61,640 bases of DNA from a virus. Positions 59,208 through 61,640 of this stretch are shown here, piece after piece. Each line of letters opens with the position of its first letter. The stretch's first letter is position 1. Made by a program: the position numbers and the translations under genes. The stretch lies in IMG/VR virus record IMGVR_UViG_3300001688_000037; one strand, 5' to 3'. The notes beneath the pieces were generated by a model. The model saw only the letters and a program-made list of their open reading frames with translations. It was not told where the DNA came from and did no database searches.

Positions 59208-59352
59208 TGTTACTACCTCCAGTAATTTCTTTTAGATTTTTCTCTCTACGCTCCATCCGCTTATCCAGCTCTTTTACGGAGCATCCAAGTTTCCTAGCTA
59301 CTACTTTTTTGTGAGTAAGTTCTCCGTTAGCTTTCTGGATCTGCCTCTGCAT
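59194..59352 (-). CDS. Small basic protein (52 aa), possible HTH
   Basis: Not in the ORF track. Reads MQRQIQKANGELTHKKVVARKLGCSVKELDKRMERREKNLKEITGGSNNGKK. Overlaps both neighbours. Confidence 0.35.
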   Translation of the reverse strand: MQRQIQKANGELTHKKVVARKLGCSVKELDKRMERREKNLKEITGGSNNGKK

Positions 59353-59635
59353 TTTTCTGCTTAAACTGCTCACACATATCCTCCTCCAGCTCTTTTACAC
59401 TATTCCATACATCCTCATCATTCTCAATTAACTCCGATTGAGGTTTAGGATCAATGATAATAGTGATATTACAGCAATTACTTGTAAATGGCTTAAGCCC
59501 ATCGGATCTACCATAATTACTACCTACTCTAGTACCTAAAGCGGTAGAGATAATTTCCTCTAAGGATTTACCATTTACCTCCAAACCGTAACCGCTATCT
59601 TTTGCTACAGCGTTTACAAATTCCAACTTAAGCAT
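59327..59635 (-). CDS. Hypothetical protein
   Basis: 102 aa. First gene after motif copy H. RBS AAGGAGG. Confidence 0.5.
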   Translation of the reverse strand: MLKLEFVNAVAKDSGYGLEVNGKSLEEIISTALGTRVGSNYGRSDGLKPFTSNCCNITIIIDPKPQSELIENDEDVWNSVKELEEDMCEQFKQKNAEADPES

Positions 59636-59657
59636 CGTGCATACCTCCTTTATTTAG

Positions 59658-59697
59658 TTGATAATTAACCTAATCATGGAGGAGGAGGTTTTTTAGA
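59658..59697 (-). promoter_or_regulatory. Bipartite motif copy H (TCTAAA-N16-GATTAGGTTAATTATCAA)
   Basis: tttaga 59692-59697 and taatc 59671-59675, spacer 16 nt. After a terminator. Confidence 0.55.
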
Positions 59698-59727
59698 TAC
59701 TCCTCAAAATTTAGGTAAAAAAAAATA

Positions 59728-59751
59728 GAGGAGAGCTGTTACACTCTCCTC
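59728..59751 (-). terminator. Rho-independent terminator
   Basis: GAGGAGAG-TGTAACAG-CTCTCCTC followed by TATTTTTTTTT on the minus strand. Confidence 0.75.
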
Positions 59752-59762
59752 ACTTTGTAGGG

Positions 59763-59984
59763 TTATTTTCTTTCCTTTACTGGCTTACTAGCGTACTCTT
59801 TAATGAGGGTTACTGCATCCTCATCCCAGTACCTATAATCATTCTCATCTCTAATAGAGGCTGGGATCCTACTAGCATCCTCCCAAAGGCGGATAGTCTG
59901 GGTAGAAACTCCACAAAGATCCGCTACCTCTTTTCTGCTATATACTCTTTTTCCTGTATCTGCATCTACTGTAATTACTCTCAT
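59763..59984 (-). CDS. MerR/excisionase-type HTH protein
   Basis: 73 aa. YSRKEVADLCGVSTQTIRLWEDASRIPASIRDENDYRYWDEDAV matches the MerR-type HTH pattern. Confidence 0.5.
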   Translation of the reverse strand: MRVITVDADTGKRVYSRKEVADLCGVSTQTIRLWEDASRIPASIRDENDYRYWDEDAVTLIKEYASKPVKERK

Positions 59985-60009
59985 ATTTCCACGCTCCTCT
60001 ATATTGAGT

Positions 60010-60039
60010 ATTATACTATATACCCCCTCAAAGTTTCAA
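60010..60039 (-). promoter_or_regulatory. Sigma-A-type promoter TTGAAA-18-TATAAT
   Basis: Minus strand reads TTGAAACTTTGAGGGGGTATATAGTATAAT. Shares GGGGGTATATA with the 40.7 and 41.5 kb promoters. Confidence 0.6.
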
Positions 60040-61640
60040 CAACTTATTAAGGATAGTTTTTATATCCGCCTTAGTTCCCTTACCATCTACAACTCTCTCA
60101 AAGAGATCCTTATTTTCTATGAGATACTCCTCTACGCCCTCATCTACGGATCCTTTAGCCACTAAAGAGATCACATTTACAGTACCTACGGTACCTATTC
60201 TGTGGGCTCTATCCTCTGCCTGTGCATTTTCTCCGATATTCCAGAGCTTATCTATAAAGAATACATAAGAGGCTTTATTGAGAGTAAGCCCTGTACCCAT
60301 AGCTCCTATAGTGCCTATTGCCAGCTTACAGTTAGGATCATTCTGGAAACGCTCTACCGCTTTCTGCCTATCCTCTGGAGATACCTTACCAGTAATGTAG
60401 ATAGGGTTATACTCCATGAGAGCCTCTCTATATACCTCTGTGATCTGCTCCCATTGAGAGAAAATAATAGCCTTATTTCCATTAGGGATAATCTCCTCAT
60501 CCAGCATATCCTTTAATCTCTCCAGCTTAGGGTTATCATCGGTAAAGAGCCCTCCTGTTAATTGTCTTAGCCTCAAAGTACAGGAGAGAGGGTTTACGGA
60601 TGCTAAGATATTTTCCATATCCTCAATAATGCCCTGCTTAATATCTCTATAGAGTTTCTGCTGTGCTTTAGTAAGCTCTACAAATTCTGTGCTATATACC
60701 TTAGGAGGGAGATCCAATACCTCCTCTTTCTTTCTACGGAGCATAACCTTATTAAGCTCTGCATTAAGGCTCTCTAAATTCTTATGCCCTACTACCTTAT
60801 ATCCTCCATAGCCTCCCATTACACAATAGGTATTTCTAAAGGAGTAAAAGCTCCTTTTTTCTACCTCCAGCCATGTAAGGATATTCCAGAGATCCTCCGC
60901 CTTATTCATCGGAGTACCAGATAAGCCTATCTTAACTGGAGCTTTCAAAAATCTAAGAGCCTTACCCTGCTGGCTACTACCATTTTTAGCCTTATGGATC
61001 TCATCCACGATAATAGCCCCTATGTAGCCATCCTTAATACCCATATAAAGAGCATCCTGTATCTTTTCATTACGGAGGCTCTCAATATTGATAATACCAA
61101 AATACTCCGATCCTGTGTACCAGCTCTGGAGCTGTGCTACTCTTATATCCATTGTTTTACCATCCACCATAACAGCCTTTTCTCTGGAGTGGATGGAGAT
61201 CTCTTTCTCCCAGTTATACTTAACGGAGTTTACTCCGCATACAATGAGGCACTTTACCAGCTCATGCTTTCTAGCTACACAAATATCAATACTTTCCTTT
61301 GTCTTACCTAAGCCCTGCTCATCTCCTATAAGGAGCTTATCTCTCTCCATGCCATAGTTAAAAGCCTCTATCTGGTGTGGGAGGGGCTCTGTGGTAAAAT
61401 CAAAATCCACTACAGGCTTAATACCCTCTAGCCTCTTAGCGGTAGCCTCCCTTTTATCCTCTATCTCCTGTGTTTTGAGGGCTCCTACTATACCATCCTC
61501 CGCATTGATATTACTAAGCCCTACTTTCTCCACTAAGTTAGGGAGCTCATGGCTAGGTATTTCCCATGCCCTATCCTCTGGTAAATATCTCCTCTCTGCC
61601 AGCTCCTTTACCTTAGCCACAGTACTAGGATCATACTTAA
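60028..61640 (-). CDS. SNF2-family helicase (5' end continues across the junction to ATG at window position 149)
   Basis: DEQGLGKT (motif I), DEIHKAKN (motif II), C-terminal helicase motifs (GTGLTLNKASYVFFID, QAEDRAHRIGT). The frame stays open upstream of the GTG at 61620. Confidence 0.85.
   Translation of the reverse strand, partial: KYDPSTVAKVKELAERRYLPEDRAWEIPSHELPNLVEKVGLSNINAEDGIVGALKTQEIEDKREATAKRLEGIKPVVDFDFTTEPLPHQIEAFNYGMERDKLLIGDEQGLGKTKESIDICVARKHELVKCLIVCGVNSVKYNWEKEISIHSREKAVMVDGKTMDIRVAQLQSWYTGSEYFGIINIESLRNEKIQDALYMGIKDGYIGAIIVDEIHKAKNGSSQQGKALRFLKAPVKIGLSGTPMNKAEDLWNILTWLEVEKRSFYSFRNTYCVMGGYGGYKVVGHKNLESLNAELNKVMLRRKKEEVLDLPPKVYSTEFVELTKAQQKLYRDIKQGIIEDMENILASVNPLSCTLRLRQLTGGLFTDDNPKLERLKDMLDEEIIPNGNKAIIFSQWEQITEVYREALMEYNPIYITGKVSPEDRQKAVERFQNDPNCKLAIGTIGAMGTGLTLNKASYVFFIDKLWNIGENAQAEDRAHRIGTVGTVNVISLVAKGSVDEGVEEYLIENKDLFERVVDGKGTKADIKTILNKLLKL
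61553..61640. repeat. Terminal overlap copy 2 (identical to 1..88)
   Basis: Exact 88-nt identity with the start of the window. Confidence 0.95.

Noticed and set aside
1-61640. Looked for tRNA, tmRNA or other structured RNA genes in the intergenic regions (21.84-21.98, 30.63-30.96, 54.40-54.64 kb and the smaller gaps)
   Set aside because: I saw no cloverleaf-compatible segments or conserved T-loop GTTCGAATC-type boxes by eye. A tRNAscan or Infernal run would be needed to be certain.

Overview
The window is a complete, circularly closed temperate phage genome. Nt 1-88 are identical to nt 61553-61640, so the unique length is 61,552 bp, and the SNF2 helicase gene runs across the junction. There are about 100 tightly packed genes with strong AGGAGG-type ribosome-binding sites (low-GC Firmicutes style). 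All but one lie on the minus strand. In the direction of transcription (descending coordinates) the order is as follows. (1) A lysogeny switch at 54.4-55.0 kb, which holds the only plus-strand gene, an XRE-type repressor. (2) A replication and recombination module: primase, phage sigma factor, gp32-like SSB, family-A DNA polymerase, MT-A70 methyltransferase, Cas4-like exonuclease, RecU-like resolvase, RecA-like ATPase. (3) A long run of small accessory ORFs, including peptide deformylase, MazG-like, SLT transglycosylase, an ArpU-like regulator and a ParB-like nuclease-domain protein. (4) terS-like, DUF3310, ThyX, terL, portal, MuF/gp7, scaffold and capsid. (5) A PBSX-like contractile tail (Xkd-type gene order). 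(6) A diversity-generating retroelement (DGR). (7) A lysis cassette. (8) A large serine integrase. (9) Across the junction: SNF2 helicase, MerR-like HTH, replisome organiser, DnaC-like loader, DnaB, Rha and XRE regulators. The strongest finding is the DGR. A 126-nt template repeat (6371-6496) and a variable repeat at the 3' end of the tail-fibre gene (6612-6737) differ at 31 positions. All 31 are template adenines. A DGR-type reverse transcriptase follows, and no recognisable Avd is present. Other notable observations: an MT-A70 adenine methyltransferase interrupted at a G10 homopolymer, where one fewer G restores a family-typical C-terminus; an eight-copy bipartite element TCTAAA-N16-GATTAGGTTA with invariant spacing upstream of early/middle operons, probably promoters for the phage sigma factor; two moron-like cassettes with perfect TTGACA-17-TATAAT promoters; an A_AAA_AAC -1 frameshift site with hairpin in the tail chaperone; a MuF/gp7 protein with a long HExxH-containing C-terminal extension; apparent GATC over-representation; and iteron-like repeats in the replisome organiser gene. 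Protein family calls come from motif recognition by eye, not from database searches.
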